Source: Verrucomicrobiia bacterium (GTDB taxonomy: Bacteria; Verrucomicrobiota; Verrucomicrobiia; Limisphaerales; UBA11358). Taken from it: DNA of 54,500 bases. Below, one piece after another: positions 27,523 through 37,612 of this stretch. Below the pieces are notes generated by a model, which searched no databases, was not told where the DNA came from, and worked only from the letters and a program-made list of their open reading frames with translations. The stretch covers positions 1 to 54,500 of the forward strand of contig DATAUQ010000095.1 in the NCBI GenBank assembly GCA_036268155.1, in the 5' to 3' direction. Made by a program: the position numbers and the translations under genes. The first letter of the stretch is position 1. Each line of letters begins with the position of its first letter.

Positions 27523-29064
27523 TCACTCCCACTCAATCGTCCCCGGCGGTTTGCTTGTGATGTCGAGGACGCAGCGGTTCACGCCTTTCACTTCGTTGAT
27601 GATGCGGCTCGCGAGTTTTTCCAGCAAATCATACGGCAGCTTCACCCAGTCCGCCGTCATGCCGTCCTGCGATTCCACGGCGCGAATCGCGATGGTGTAA
27701 TCGTAAGTCCGCTCGTCGCCCATCACGCCGACGCTGCGCACCGGCAGCAACACCGCGAAGCTCTGCCAGATTTTGTAATACAAACCGCTCGTCTTCATTT
27801 CCTCGACAACAATCGCGTCGGCGTTCCGCAAAATTTCGCAACGCGACGGCGTGACTTCGCCGAGAATTCTGACGGCAAGTCCGGGTCCGGGAAACGGCTG
27901 GCGATAAACAATTTCTTTCGGTAGGTCAAGTTCGAGGCCGAGCAATCGCACTTCGTCCTTGAACAAACATTTCAACGGCTCGACCAGTTTGAATTTCATG
28001 TTTTTCGGCAGGCCTCCGACGTTGTGATGGCTCTTGATCATCGCGGCGGGATTGCCGGCGATCGGCACGGACTCGATCACGTCGGGATACAAAGTTCCCT
28101 GCGCGAGAAATTTCGCCTTGCCGACGCGCTTCATCGCGTCGTGAAAAACTTCCACGAAAGTTTTGCCGATGATTTTGCGTTTGCGTTCGGGATCGGTCAC
28201 GCCTTTGAGCCGCGTCAAAAATAATTTTGTGGCGTTTTCGTATTGCAACTTGAGCTTGAAATGCTTTCCAAAAACTTCCTGAACCACTTCCGCCTCGCGC
28301 GCGCGCAGCAAACCGTTATTGACGAAAATGCAGGTCAATTGGTCGCCAATCGCCTTGTGCAGCAATGCCGCCGCCACGCTCGAATCCACGCCACCGCTCA
28401 AGCCGAGAATCACTTTTTCCGTGCCGACTTGCGCGCGGATTTCTTCCACGGCCTGCTCGACGTAGCTGCGCATCGTCCAGCTTTTGCCGCAATCGCAAAC
28501 TTTGTGAACGAAGTTGGAAATGATTTCTTTTCCGCGCGGTGTGTGGACGACTTCGGGATGAAATTGCAGGCCAAAAAATTTCCGCGCGCGGTTTTCAATC
28601 GCCGCATATTCGGAATTTTCTGTGACGGCGACGGGTTTGAAACCGTTCGGCAACTTAGTGAGCTTGTCGCCGTGAGAATTCCAGACTTGCAGCGATTTCG
28701 GCAATTTGGCGAACAACGCGCAGCTTGAATCTTTCACCGTGAGCGTGCCCTTGCCATATTCGCGCTTCTGGCCTTTCTCAACCTTGCCGCCAAGAAATTG
28801 CGCGAACAATTGCACGCCGAAGCAAATTCCGAGAATCGGAATGCCCAGTTGAAAAATATTTTTGTCCAGCAGCGGCGCGTCCGGCGCATAAACACTGGAC
28901 GGTCCACCGGACAAAATAATGCCGCTCGGCTCCAGCTCGGCGATTTCATGCGCGGGCGTGTCGAAGCGCAAGATTTGCGAATAGACATTGCACTCGCGGA
29001 TGCGGCGCGCGATGACCTGCGTGTATTGCGAGCCGAAATCGAGGATGATGATTTGTTCGTTCAT
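27523..29064 (-). CDS. guaA: GMP synthase (glutamine-hydrolysing)
   Basis: GATase '[20 protein letters not shown]...GICFG', ATP-PPase '[10 protein letters not shown]', and the C-terminal 'KPPGTIEWE'. The start is taken at the ATG at 29064. Confidence 0.95.
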   Translation of the reverse strand: MNEQIIILDFGSQYTQVIARRIRECNVYSQILRFDTPAHEIAELEPSGIILSGGPSSVYAPDAPLLDKNIFQLGIPILGICFGVQLFAQFLGGKVEKGQKREYGKGTLTVKDSSCALFAKLPKSLQVWNSHGDKLTKLPNGFKPVAVTENSEYAAIENRARKFFGLQFHPEVVHTPRGKEIISNFVHKVCDCGKSWTMRSYVEQAVEEIRAQVGTEKVILGLSGGVDSSVAAALLHKAIGDQLTCIFVNNGLLRAREAEVVQEVFGKHFKLKLQYENATKLFLTRLKGVTDPERKRKIIGKTFVEVFHDAMKRVGKAKFLAQGTLYPDVIESVPIAGNPAAMIKSHHNVGGLPKNMKFKLVEPLKCLFKDEVRLLGLELDLPKEIVYRQPFPGPGLAVRILGEVTPSRCEILRNADAIVVEEMKTSGLYYKIWQSFAVLLPVRSVGVMGDERTYDYTIAIRAVESQDGMTADWVKLPYDLLEKLASRIINEVKGVNRCVLDITSKPPGTIEWE

Positions 29065-29162
29065 GGAAATCAAAGACCGGGCGCAGATTGTCTTAACGCC
29101 AGCACGGTTTTGCGAGCGAAAAATGTTTTGGCCGCGCGCAAAATCCGCTATCAAAGTCCGGC

Positions 29163-30878
29163 ATGGCTGAACCGACATCGCTTTCCGGCGGAAATTTGTG
29201 GGGCAAAATCCGCAACTGGCTGGCGGCGCATCCTTATCTCGCGCTCACATTTCTGGTATTCGCCACGCTCGGCCCTTTTCTGTCCAAGCCGTTCAACATT
29301 GACGACCCGCTGTTCATCTGGATCGCGCACCAGATTCAGGCGCATCCGGGCAATCCTTACGGCTTCGATGTGAACTGGTATGCCTCAATGGCACCCATGT
29401 GGACACAGACAGAAAATCCGCCGCTGGCTTCATATTACATCGCCGTGGCGGCGGCGATTTTTGGCTGGAGCGAACTGGCGCTGCACACCGCGTTTTTGCT
29501 GCCCGCACTGGCGGTGGTATTGGGAACTTACCGGCTGGCGCGGCGGCTTTGCGAATGGCCGGCGCTCGCTGCGTGCGCGACTTTGTTCACGCCGGTCTTT
29601 ATGATTTCCAGCACCACGGTGATGTGCGATGTATTGATGCTGGCGTTCTGGGTCTGGGCGGTCGTGCTGTGGGTCGAAGGCATGGAGCGTGAAAATTTCT
29701 GGGAATTGTCCGCCGCCGCACTGTTGGTCGCGCTGGCGTCGCTGACAAAATATTACGGTGTGTGCGTCATGCCGCTGCTGGCCGCATACAGTCTGCTCGA
29801 AAAACGCCGGCTTGGGCGCTGGGTCGCAAGCTTGTTGATTCCGCTGGCCGCGCTTTGCGCCTACCAATGGGCCACGCAGGAACTTTACGGCCTGGCCATG
29901 TTGTCCAAGGCGGTCGGCTATACTTCCTCTGCCAGGGAAGTTGTCGGATCGTCCCATTTTACTTCCGGCTTGCTGGGGCTGACATACACTGGCGGCTGCG
30001 TGGCCGTAGCCGTTTTTTTTGCACCGTTGATATGGCGGAAACAGGCGCTGCTGCTGTATGCCACAGCCTCGGTCTTGACCGTCACGGCCATTTATTTTGA
30101 TCTTGAGGGTGGAATATTTAGGGTGAGCAGCCCGCTGGCCGGCGCGGCCCGGACATTCGCAGAAGCGCAGACTTTCTTTTGGGCGGTTGGCGGCACGGGC
30201 GTGCTGGTGCTGGCGGTCATGGATGTCTGGAAACGGCGTGACGCACAATCCTGGCTGCTGGCGTTGTGGTTGTTCGGGACATTTTTATTCGCCGCCGTGT
30301 TGAATTGGACGGTCAATGGCCGTTCCATCCTGCCGATGGCACCTGTCGTGGGAATTCTCCTCGCCCGTTGCCTCGGAGAAAAAATTCTGGCGGGACGAAC
30401 GGTTTGGACGCGCGGCGTGACTATCTGTCTGGCCATCAGTGCCGTGCTTGCGCTCTTCGTGGCGCGATCCGATTTTCTCCTCGCCCGCGCCGTCCGCCAG
30501 AGCGCGCTTGAAACTTTTGCCAAATATGGCCGCAGCCAGACGGTTCCTCATTATCTGGGCCACTGGGGATTTCAATACTACATGGACTTGATGGGTGCCT
30601 CGGCACTCGACATGAAAAATCCGGTGCTCAATGTAGGGGACATTCTCATCGTGCCGCTGCACAACTGTTATGTGTTCGAACCGAAGCCGGAGGCGGCGGA
30701 TTTGCACGAGGTGATCAACGTCCAGGGACCGCAATGGCTCTCGACCTGGAGCGCGGATGTGGGCGCGGGCTTTTATTCCTTTCCGGGGCCGATGCCATTT
30801 GCGTTCGGCCATGTGCCGCCGGAAACCGTCGCCGTTTATTTTTGGAAAACCGCATCTTCAACCGCGCCTAAAAATTGA
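29163..30878 (+). CDS. GT-C fold membrane glycosyltransferase (GT39/ArnT-like)
   Basis: About 12 TM segments, with the N-terminal loop '[15 protein letters not shown]' resembling the ArnT/PMT DE/DD loop. The family assignment rests on pattern only. Confidence 0.55.
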   Translation: MAEPTSLSGGNLWGKIRNWLAAHPYLALTFLVFATLGPFLSKPFNIDDPLFIWIAHQIQAHPGNPYGFDVNWYASMAPMWTQTENPPLASYYIAVAAAIFGWSELALHTAFLLPALAVVLGTYRLARRLCEWPALAACATLFTPVFMISSTTVMCDVLMLAFWVWAVVLWVEGMERENFWELSAAALLVALASLTKYYGVCVMPLLAAYSLLEKRRLGRWVASLLIPLAALCAYQWATQELYGLAMLSKAVGYTSSAREVVGSSHFTSGLLGLTYTGGCVAVAVFFAPLIWRKQALLLYATASVLTVTAIYFDLEGGIFRVSSPLAGAARTFAEAQTFFWAVGGTGVLVLAVMDVWKRRDAQSWLLALWLFGTFLFAAVLNWTVNGRSILPMAPVVGILLARCLGEKILAGRTVWTRGVTICLAISAVLALFVARSDFLLARAVRQSALETFAKYGRSQTVPHYLGHWGFQYYMDLMGASALDMKNPVLNVGDILIVPLHNCYVFEPKPEAADLHEVINVQGPQWLSTWSADVGAGFYSFPGPMPFAFGHVPPETVAVYFWKTASSTAPKN

Positions 30879-30944
30879 ATGTGCCGTGAACGTCGCCGGC
30901 AACTTCCGTTTGCCAGCAGCGCCCGATTCCGTTAAAAATAGGAT

Positions 30945-31568
30945 GTGAAACCGTTTCAAGCCACGCCGACCGCGCCGGAAGGTTTTTCGCTGATTGAACT
31001 GCTCATCACACTGGCGCTGATGGTCATTCTCACCACGATGATGTGGGGCTTTGCCTCGGCCAAACACCAGCGCAACCAGAAACAACTCTGCGCGGACAAT
31101 CTCCAGAAAATTTATCTGGCGATGCAGATTTATGCGAACGACTTCGGCGGCAAACTTCCAGAAAATACCAATGCTCAAACTTCCGAGGCCGTGCTGGACG
31201 AACTCGTGCCAAAATACACGGCGGACACTTCGATTTTTATTTGTCCCGGCGGGCGCGATTCGCAAATTCCTTCCGGCGAACCGTTGACCAAACACAAAAT
31301 CAGCTACGCGTATTACATGGGGCATCAATTGCCCACAAATGAAAATGCGACGCCGTTTGTCCTGATGTCCGACCGGCAGATCAACACCGAGCCGAAGCAC
31401 GCGGGCGAATTTGTTTTTTCCACGACCGGAAAACCGCCCGGCAACAACCATCACAAATACGGCGGCAATTTTCTTTTTTCCGACGGCAGCGTGCAGGCAA
31501 GCGGGCCGCAGCTCGCGTTTTCACTCGTCTTCACGCAAGGCGTCGTGCTATTGAATCCCAAGCCCTGA
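30945..31568 (+). CDS. prepilin-type N-terminal domain protein (pseudopilin-like)
   Basis: GTG start. 'GFSLIELLITLALMVILTTMM' is a class-III signal-like N-terminus. The tail is 'GGNFLFSDGSV'. Confidence 0.7.
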   Translation: MKPFQATPTAPEGFSLIELLITLALMVILTTMMWGFASAKHQRNQKQLCADNLQKIYLAMQIYANDFGGKLPENTNAQTSEAVLDELVPKYTADTSIFICPGGRDSQIPSGEPLTKHKISYAYYMGHQLPTNENATPFVLMSDRQINTEPKHAGEFVFSTTGKPPGNNHHKYGGNFLFSDGSVQASGPQLAFSLVFTQGVVLLNPKP

Positions 31569-31574
31569 TCGCCA

Positions 31575-33737
31575 ATGAAAATCCGATGTTCATGCGGCAT
31601 GAAATATGAGTTCGAGGTCACGCCAGAAATGGCGCAGAACCCGGTGCGCTTCGTCTGTGCCAATTGCGGGCTGGACTCCTCGGATTACGTCAACCAACTC
31701 GTGCGTGAAGAACTCGCCGAGCAAGGAGCAATCCCTTCACAACCGCCAGCCGCTGCGCTGCGCCTGAAAATTTCGCACGAGGAAAAATCTTCAGAGCCGC
31801 CACCAGAATCTGCGCCGGCTTCAAAATACTGCCCGAAACATCGGGGCGTCTTGGCGACCGGAAAATGCACCGTCTGCGGAAAACTGATTTGTCCGCAGTG
31901 CATGGCGATGTTCGGATATTTCTGCTCGCCGCTTTGCAAAAACAAGGCGGATTTGCAGGGCATCACCGCGCCGGTTTATGCCGGGCAGAAATTTCACGTT
32001 GAAAAACAATTCTGGCGCAAGGCCGGCTTGATCTTCGGCTCGCTGGCTGGAGTTATAATTTTGGCAGCCGGATTTTGGATTTGGTATGCGTGGTTCGGTT
32101 CCGTGCCGCACCCCTATTTTTCCGTGCGCTTTGACGACACGGATCGCGCATATTTCGGCGCGGCGCAACTCGTCGGCAAGGATCAAATCATTTTCCTGCA
32201 CGGCGGCACGCTGGCGCGTTACGACTTGAAAACGAAAAAGCAAATCTGGTCGCAGGAACTCATCACGCCCGGCCAGATCAACGCCATCGTCAAATCCGAA
32301 AACGACGAGCGAGCGCGCGAAAATGCGGCGGGCGATTTTCCCCGCATTCCGGCGGTCGGCTCGCAGGAGCGCGAGGCGAAAATCGCGCTGCAAAGCGCGC
32401 TGACGTTGAATGTTTCCAATGAAAATATTTGGGTCGCATCGCCGGGCAAATTGACGCGTTACGATTGGGACAGCGGAAAAGTTTCGCAGGAAACCTCGTT
32501 GCCGGGATTTGCCAGCGCAGAAAATGATTCCACGGGCGGCGGCCTTTTTTCCAGCGACGGCAAACCGCTCGACCCGGACAAAATCGCGGCGCAAGCGCAG
32601 AATTTGAACCTGCCCGCTCGCATCGCCCTGCCCGCGCTGCTCGGCAACGCCATGCACGAACAACAGCTCGAAGCTGCGTTGAAGGACGAGCCGCAGCAAT
32701 CGCATCCGCAAAATTCAAATCCTGCGCGCCGGGAAATGGAAAATTCCCAGCTCGTCCCGGGCGAAAATGGCTTCGTCCAATTTTCCACGAAATTGCTTCA
32801 GGAAAATATCGTGGCGCGCGAGGCGATGCGCGCGCCGCCAAAAAAATCCGCACTGGACGACCCGAATTTGAACGGCTCGCAAACCACCGAAGTCGCGAAC
32901 GAGACGCTGAACGAAATGCAGCGCAACAACGGCGGCGACAAAGTTTCCGAGGACGACAGCCGTTATCAAGTCACGGTTCACATTCCGAATGCGCCGGACA
33001 TCGCCGATTGGACGGGCGAAGTTGTCGGGCCGCCGCAATTATTTGCGTTGAAGACCGTGAACGTGATTGCCGCCGGAAAAACTGTCATCGTCCTCGACAA
33101 GTCCAACAAAAAACTCTGGCAGGCCGCACTCACCTACAATGTTTCCAGCGGGGGCGGATTTGACGAACGCGAATCGCGATTTGGCGCCGGCCCGGTCGTC
33201 GAGCACGGCGACACGCTTTACGTTTTCGACCAGGCCGTATTGAGCGCGTTTGATCTGGCGTCCGGCGACGCGCGCTGGCGATTGCCGTCCGTCGGCGTCG
33301 TTGGTTTGTTTTTCGACGACCAAAATAATTTGTATGTCAACACGACGACCGGCAATCCCGACGACATCCGATATTCGCGGCAGATTGACATCACCAAATC
33401 CACCCAGGACGTGCTGCTAAAAATTGACCCGAAAACCGGCCGCACTTTGTGGAGCGTCAAGCCCGGCGGATTTATTTCCTATCTGTCGGGAAAATTTATT
33501 TACACCATTCAATCTTTTGATCCGAATCCGATGGACGTGGAAGTTTTAAGCGACACGTTGCAGGGATTGCAAAAGCCGGCCTATCTCCGCATCGCGCGTA
33601 TCAATCCTCAAAACGGCCGCGTGATGTGGGAATATTACGACCGTAACCGCTGCCCGGTTGACGTGCAGTTCGACAACAACTCCATTGAACTTGTTTTCAA
33701 ACGCGAAGTGCAGGTGCTGAAATATCTGGCGCTCTAA
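31575..33737 (+). CDS. zinc-ribbon / TM / PQQ-like beta-propeller repeat protein
   Basis: N-terminal CSCG...CANCG plus a second Cys cluster (CPKH..CTVCGKLICPQC), one TM, and repeated 'G..lv..D..tGk..W' propeller-like blades in the C-terminal part. Confidence 0.55.
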   Translation: MKIRCSCGMKYEFEVTPEMAQNPVRFVCANCGLDSSDYVNQLVREELAEQGAIPSQPPAAALRLKISHEEKSSEPPPESAPASKYCPKHRGVLATGKCTVCGKLICPQCMAMFGYFCSPLCKNKADLQGITAPVYAGQKFHVEKQFWRKAGLIFGSLAGVIILAAGFWIWYAWFGSVPHPYFSVRFDDTDRAYFGAAQLVGKDQIIFLHGGTLARYDLKTKKQIWSQELITPGQINAIVKSENDERARENAAGDFPRIPAVGSQEREAKIALQSALTLNVSNENIWVASPGKLTRYDWDSGKVSQETSLPGFASAENDSTGGGLFSSDGKPLDPDKIAAQAQNLNLPARIALPALLGNAMHEQQLEAALKDEPQQSHPQNSNPARREMENSQLVPGENGFVQFSTKLLQENIVAREAMRAPPKKSALDDPNLNGSQTTEVANETLNEMQRNNGGDKVSEDDSRYQVTVHIPNAPDIADWTGEVVGPPQLFALKTVNVIAAGKTVIVLDKSNKKLWQAALTYNVSSGGGFDERESRFGAGPVVEHGDTLYVFDQAVLSAFDLASGDARWRLPSVGVVGLFFDDQNNLYVNTTTGNPDDIRYSRQIDITKSTQDVLLKIDPKTGRTLWSVKPGGFISYLSGKFIYTIQSFDPNPMDVEVLSDTLQGLQKPAYLRIARINPQNGRVMWEYYDRNRCPVDVQFDNNSIELVFKREVQVLKYLAL

Positions 33738-35821
33738 AAACTTTTCGCCGCCAATTCGCGCGCCTGCCGGATCAAATCCAGATCCTCGATTAAATTTCCG
33801 AAACGCAATTTCATTTCACCACTTTGGTCGCGGCCAAGCAATTCGCCCGGCCCGCGCAATTTCAAATCCGCCTCTGCGATTTTGAAACCGTCATTCGTTT
33901 CTTCCAGAATTTTCAAACGGCCGCGCGCCTCCAGATATTTCGCGTCCGAAATCAAAATGCAAAACGACTCGTGCGCGCCGCGTCCGATGCGTCCGCGCAA
34001 TTGATGCAATTGCGCCAGCCCGAAATGCTCCGCATTTTCAACCAGCATGATCGTCGCGTTCGGCACGTCCACGCCAACTTCAATTAAGGAAGTCGAAAGC
34101 AGAACGTGAATTTTGTTCGCGCGAAAATCAGCCATGACATTTTCCTTTTCCGCCGATTTCAACCGCCCGTGCAAAAGCCCGACACGAAACGGCGCGAGGA
34201 GTTTTTTCAGATTTTCAAATTCTGTCACGACCGCTTTCAATTCCTTCGCGCCCGAATCTTCCACGCGCGGATAAACGACATAAGCCTGCCGTCCGGCGGA
34301 AAGTTTCTCGCGGATGAACTCAAAAACTTTCGGCAATTTTTCCGTCGTCCGCAGAAAAGTTTTTATTGCGCCGCGCCCGCCCGGCAATTCGTCAATCACC
34401 GAAACATCCAGATCGCCATAAAGCGTCAAACCGAGGGTGCGCGGAATCGGCGTCGCCGTCATCACCAGCAAGTGCGGATAATTTCCCTTGCGAACCAATT
34501 GCTCGCGCTGCGCCACGCCGAACTTGTGCTGCTCGTCAATGATCACGAGGCCGAGATTTTTAATTACAAAATCGGATTCAACTAGCGCGTGCGTTCCGAT
34601 GGTCAGTGACAAGTGATGAGTGGCAAGTGACGAGGCTTGCGTTTGCTTGTCACTTGTCACTCGCCACTCGCCACTTTTTTTGCTTCCCGTTTGCAATTCG
34701 ACTTTGATTCCCAGCGGCTCAAACCATTTTTGAAAATTTCTAAAATGCTGTTCCGCCAGAATTTCCGTCGGCGCCATCCATGCGACATTGAAACCACTTT
34801 CAATCGCCATCAATGCGCTGCAAGCGGCCACGGCGGTTTTTCCAGACCCGACATCGCCTTGCAGCAACCGCCGCATCGGATGCGCGCCGCACATGTCCGC
34901 GCGGATTTCGCGCAGAACTTTCGTTTGCGCTTCCGTCAATTTGAAACCAAGCGCGGCAAGAAACGGTTTCATCAAGCGATTGTCGCCGCCGCACGGCAAT
35001 CCTTTTGTCCGCGCCTCAAAATTTTTCCGCCGCGACTGGATTTGGATTTGCAACGCAATGAATTCATCCAGCGCCAGCCGTTGTCGTCCGATTTCCACGT
35101 CGGTCAGTTCTTCTGGAAAATGAACCATGCGGACTGCGTTCGCGCGAGTTGGCAAGTGGTGCAGGCTTCCAGCCTGCGTTTGAAATACGGGTGACAGGCT
35201 GGAAGCCTGTCCCACTAAAACAGGCTCTGCGATTTGTGTATCAAATTTTTCCAGCGTGCGCCAAATCAATCCGCGCAGCCAGCGCTGCGGCAAACCTTCC
35301 GTCAGCGAATAAATGGGCGCGATGCGGTTGATGTGGATGAAACTTTCTTCGCCGGGTTCGATGACTTCGGTTTCGGGATGATCCATCGTGCGCGGCTTGG
35401 TCTCCTTCAATTTTCCGAAAACGAAAACCTCGTCGCCCATCGCAAAATAATTTTCCATGAACGGCAGGTTCCACCAGCGGCAATGCAATCGCGCCGAGCC
35501 GTCGTCTAAAATTATTTCAAAAACGGATTTGTTGCCGCCGCGAAAACGTTTGAGTCCGAGCGCGACAATTTTTCCGCGCGCTGTGAATGCTTCGTCCTTG
35601 GTGAGTTCGGAGATTTTTCGGAAATGGCGGCGGTCTTCGTAACGCTTGGGCCGGTGCAGCAGCAAATCTTCGATGGTGAAAATTTCCAGCCGCGCGAGTT
35701 GCACCGCGCGTTCCGCGCCGACGCCCCAAAGCGAAGTGACCGGCCTTCGCAACTCCGGCGTTGCTTCGTCCCGGCTCGCGGGATTTTTCAGCGGAGAAAT
35801 TTTATTTTCCGGCGGCGACAT
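33734..35821 (-). CDS. recG: ATP-dependent DNA helicase RecG
   Basis: Wedge domain, 'LLQGDVGSGKTAVA', 'DEQHKFG', 'MTATPIPRT', 'QLHQLRGRIGRG'. The start is taken at the ATG at 35821, because the track start at 35905 lies inside a repeat hairpin. Confidence 0.95.
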   Translation of the reverse strand: MSPPENKISPLKNPASRDEATPELRRPVTSLWGVGAERAVQLARLEIFTIEDLLLHRPKRYEDRRHFRKISELTKDEAFTARGKIVALGLKRFRGGNKSVFEIILDDGSARLHCRWWNLPFMENYFAMGDEVFVFGKLKETKPRTMDHPETEVIEPGEESFIHINRIAPIYSLTEGLPQRWLRGLIWRTLEKFDTQIAEPVLVGQASSLSPVFQTQAGSLHHLPTRANAVRMVHFPEELTDVEIGRQRLALDEFIALQIQIQSRRKNFEARTKGLPCGGDNRLMKPFLAALGFKLTEAQTKVLREIRADMCGAHPMRRLLQGDVGSGKTAVAACSALMAIESGFNVAWMAPTEILAEQHFRNFQKWFEPLGIKVELQTGSKKSGEWRVTSDKQTQASSLATHHLSLTIGTHALVESDFVIKNLGLVIIDEQHKFGVAQREQLVRKGNYPHLLVMTATPIPRTLGLTLYGDLDVSVIDELPGGRGAIKTFLRTTEKLPKVFEFIREKLSAGRQAYVVYPRVEDSGAKELKAVVTEFENLKKLLAPFRVGLLHGRLKSAEKENVMADFRANKIHVLLSTSLIEVGVDVPNATIMLVENAEHFGLAQLHQLRGRIGRGAHESFCILISDAKYLEARGRLKILEETNDGFKIAEADLKLRGPGELLGRDQSGEMKLRFGNLIEDLDLIRQARELAAKSF
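34605..34675. repeat. palindromic repeat unit inside the recG reading frame ('agtgacaagtgatgag' family)
   Basis: 28 of its first 30 nt are identical to the intergenic element at 52927..52996 (hand aligned). On the recG strand it encodes ...SGEWRVTSDKQTQASSLATHHLSL... Confidence 0.8.
35156..35218. repeat. palindromic repeat unit inside the recG reading frame (63 bp = 21 codons)
   Basis: Perfect 15-bp inverted repeat caggcttccagcctg (35162..35176) / caggctggaagcctg (35195..35209). It encodes VGQASSLSPVFQTQAGSLHH. Confidence 0.8.
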
Positions 35822-35895
35822 CGCCCGCACGATACAAATCAGTTGGAAGAGAATCAAACGCAACCCGCGCCGTCGCGGAGCGACGATTGGAAATT

Positions 35896-36070
35896 GGCCC
35901 GGCACATCGTGCCGGGTTCATGGTTCAAAATGAAAATCCGTCCTGAAAGGACGGTGGAAAGTGTGATGACGGTTTCCAGCGTCCCTTCAGGACGAAAATG
36001 ATTTTCCGCGATGAACCAGACACTTTGTGTCTGGCTAATTTCCGGTTGTCCCGCCGGGACGAAACGCGTG
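35896..36070. repeat. block of hairpin repeat units, same family as 5955..6160
   Basis: cccggcacatcgtgccggg, gtcctgaaaggacggtggaaag...tttccagcgtcccttcaggac, cagacactttgtgtctggctaatttccgg, gtcccgccgggac. It is colinear with 6040..6150. Confidence 0.8.
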
Positions 36071-36078
36071 CGACGGAC

Positions 36079-36816
36079 TCAAGCGCGTTTTGGAGTCTTT
36101 CGATTTTGCGTCGGCAGAAGCAAAATAAGCACCAGCGCAATCATAAGCGGATAAAAACAAGCCGAAAGTAGAACATCCCCAATTGAAACTGTAAGATGAA
36201 GGCGAGCCAAATCTAATCCCATTGATTTAATTTTTGCATTGTGCGTTATTGCTGCAACCATCACAAATGCCGCCGCCATGGCAATGATTCCCAAAACTCC
36301 AATTGTCAGACGCAGCCGATTTTCAATAAGCCGTGTTAGTTTGGAAAGCCTGTGAACCATTTTTTCCGACCTCACCAACATGGCTATAACCAACGGAATC
36401 AAAATTGGTGAAAAAGCCACAACATCGCGTGCAATTTCCTGCATCATTTGAAGGGAATCGCTTTCCAATGGCGTGCGGACGATTTGCAGATTAAAGGCCA
36501 TAACTCTAATCACACCAATCAGAATGCTTGATAAAAAAAGTGCCAGCATCCCCCAGAACGCTCGTTCGCGCCAAACTTTGGTCGGATCGGCTTTCACAAA
36601 TTCTTCGCCAATTTGTTGCGGCTGACCAACGCGGCGGCGTGCGAGCCAGAAAGATTCTTCGTCGTTCAAGCCGCGTTGCTGGAATCCGGCGATGGCGTCG
36701 CGCAGGTGCGTTTCCAGTTCGCGCCGGTCGTCGGACGCGAGATTGGGTTGCGCGGCCAGTTCGTTCCGCCAGTTTTCAACGGCGGCGTTCAGATCGAAAC
36801 GGGTTTGATTTTCCAT
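36079..36816 (-). CDS. membrane protein with a conserved soluble N-terminal domain (PadR-associated), paralog 1
   Basis: MENQTRFDLNAAVENWRNELAAQPNLASDDRRELETHLRDAIAGFQQRGLNDEESFWLARRRVG..., then 4-5 TM segments. It ends PTQNRKTPKRA. Confidence 0.7.
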   Translation of the reverse strand: MENQTRFDLNAAVENWRNELAAQPNLASDDRRELETHLRDAIAGFQQRGLNDEESFWLARRRVGQPQQIGEEFVKADPTKVWRERAFWGMLALFLSSILIGVIRVMAFNLQIVRTPLESDSLQMMQEIARDVVAFSPILIPLVIAMLVRSEKMVHRLSKLTRLIENRLRLTIGVLGIIAMAAAFVMVAAITHNAKIKSMGLDLARLHLTVSIGDVLLSACFYPLMIALVLILLLPTQNRKTPKRA

Positions 36817-36823
36817 AACTATT

Positions 36824-37612
36824 TTAAGCGCGTTTTGGAGCCTTGCGATTTTGCGTCGGCATGAGCCAAGCAATTAAGGCAATGAGTATTGCTGGATAAA
36901 GCAAACTCATAAAATTCGCAAAAATAACAAAGGACAATGACAGGCCGTCTGACTGGGTTTCGTATCGCAATAAGGAATTCGCCAGCAAAAGAATATAAAA
37001 CGAAAAAAGTGTCGTGGAAATAAACAGAAACCGGCGGCGTGACTGGAAGAAAAATTGCATCCATGAGAAACCTTTGCTTAACCGTCCGCGAGACAAAAGC
37101 CACGCGATTCCGATCACCGGCAGCAAACTTAAGAAATTAAAAACGATTCTTGAGCTTGGACTGAACAGTAAAGCGTAAAGATCAATATTCGATGGCACTG
37201 GCAAATAAAATCGAACCCAGTCAGGAAACGGAGAAACAGAATGGTATTTATTCAGGAAATATGGCGTCGTGACGGTAGTTTGAAAAATTGCCCACGCGAT
37301 TGATAAAATTCCCGACCAGAGACGAATTGCGAGAAGGATTATTGCAGCCCAAAAAATCCGCTCGCGCCAGACTTTGGCCGGATCGGCTTTCACAAATTCT
37401 TCGCCGAGTTGCGGCGGTTGACCCACACGCTTGCGCGCGAGCCAGAAAGATTCTTCGTCGTTCAAACCGCGTTGCTGGAATCCGGCGATGGCGTCGCGCA
37501 AATGCGTTTCCAATTCGCTTCGATCATCGGACGCGAGATTGGGTTGTGCGGCGAGTTCGTTCCGCCAGTTTTCCACGGCGGCGTTCAGATCGAACCGGGT
37601 TTGATTTTCCAT
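36824..37612 (-). CDS. membrane protein with a conserved soluble N-terminal domain (PadR-associated), paralog 2
   Basis: The same N-terminal 88 aa (7 differences by hand count), a different TM core, and a similar tail PTQNRKAPKRA. Confidence 0.7.
   Translation of the reverse strand: MENQTRFDLNAAVENWRNELAAQPNLASDDRSELETHLRDAIAGFQQRGLNDEESFWLARKRVGQPPQLGEEFVKADPAKVWRERIFWAAIILLAIRLWSGILSIAWAIFQTTVTTPYFLNKYHSVSPFPDWVRFYLPVPSNIDLYALLFSPSSRIVFNFLSLLPVIGIAWLLSRGRLSKGFSWMQFFFQSRRRFLFISTTLFSFYILLLANSLLRYETQSDGLSLSFVIFANFMSLLYPAILIALIAWLMPTQNRKAPKRA

Noticed and set aside
35822-35905. N-terminal extension of recG; similar 5' extensions exist for guaA (to 29178), argG-neighbour pilin (to 24898), ispA (to 8448), the lipoprotein (to 21261), the kinase (to 52297), DUF1015 (from 10394), mglA (from 18502), the sulfatase-like gene (from 44768), and the pilin (from 50087)
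   Set aside because: The extensions read through repeats or the neighbouring gene and lack conserved N-terminal residues. Internal ATGs give canonical N-termini (signal peptides, the P-loop context, [11 protein letters not shown], etc.).
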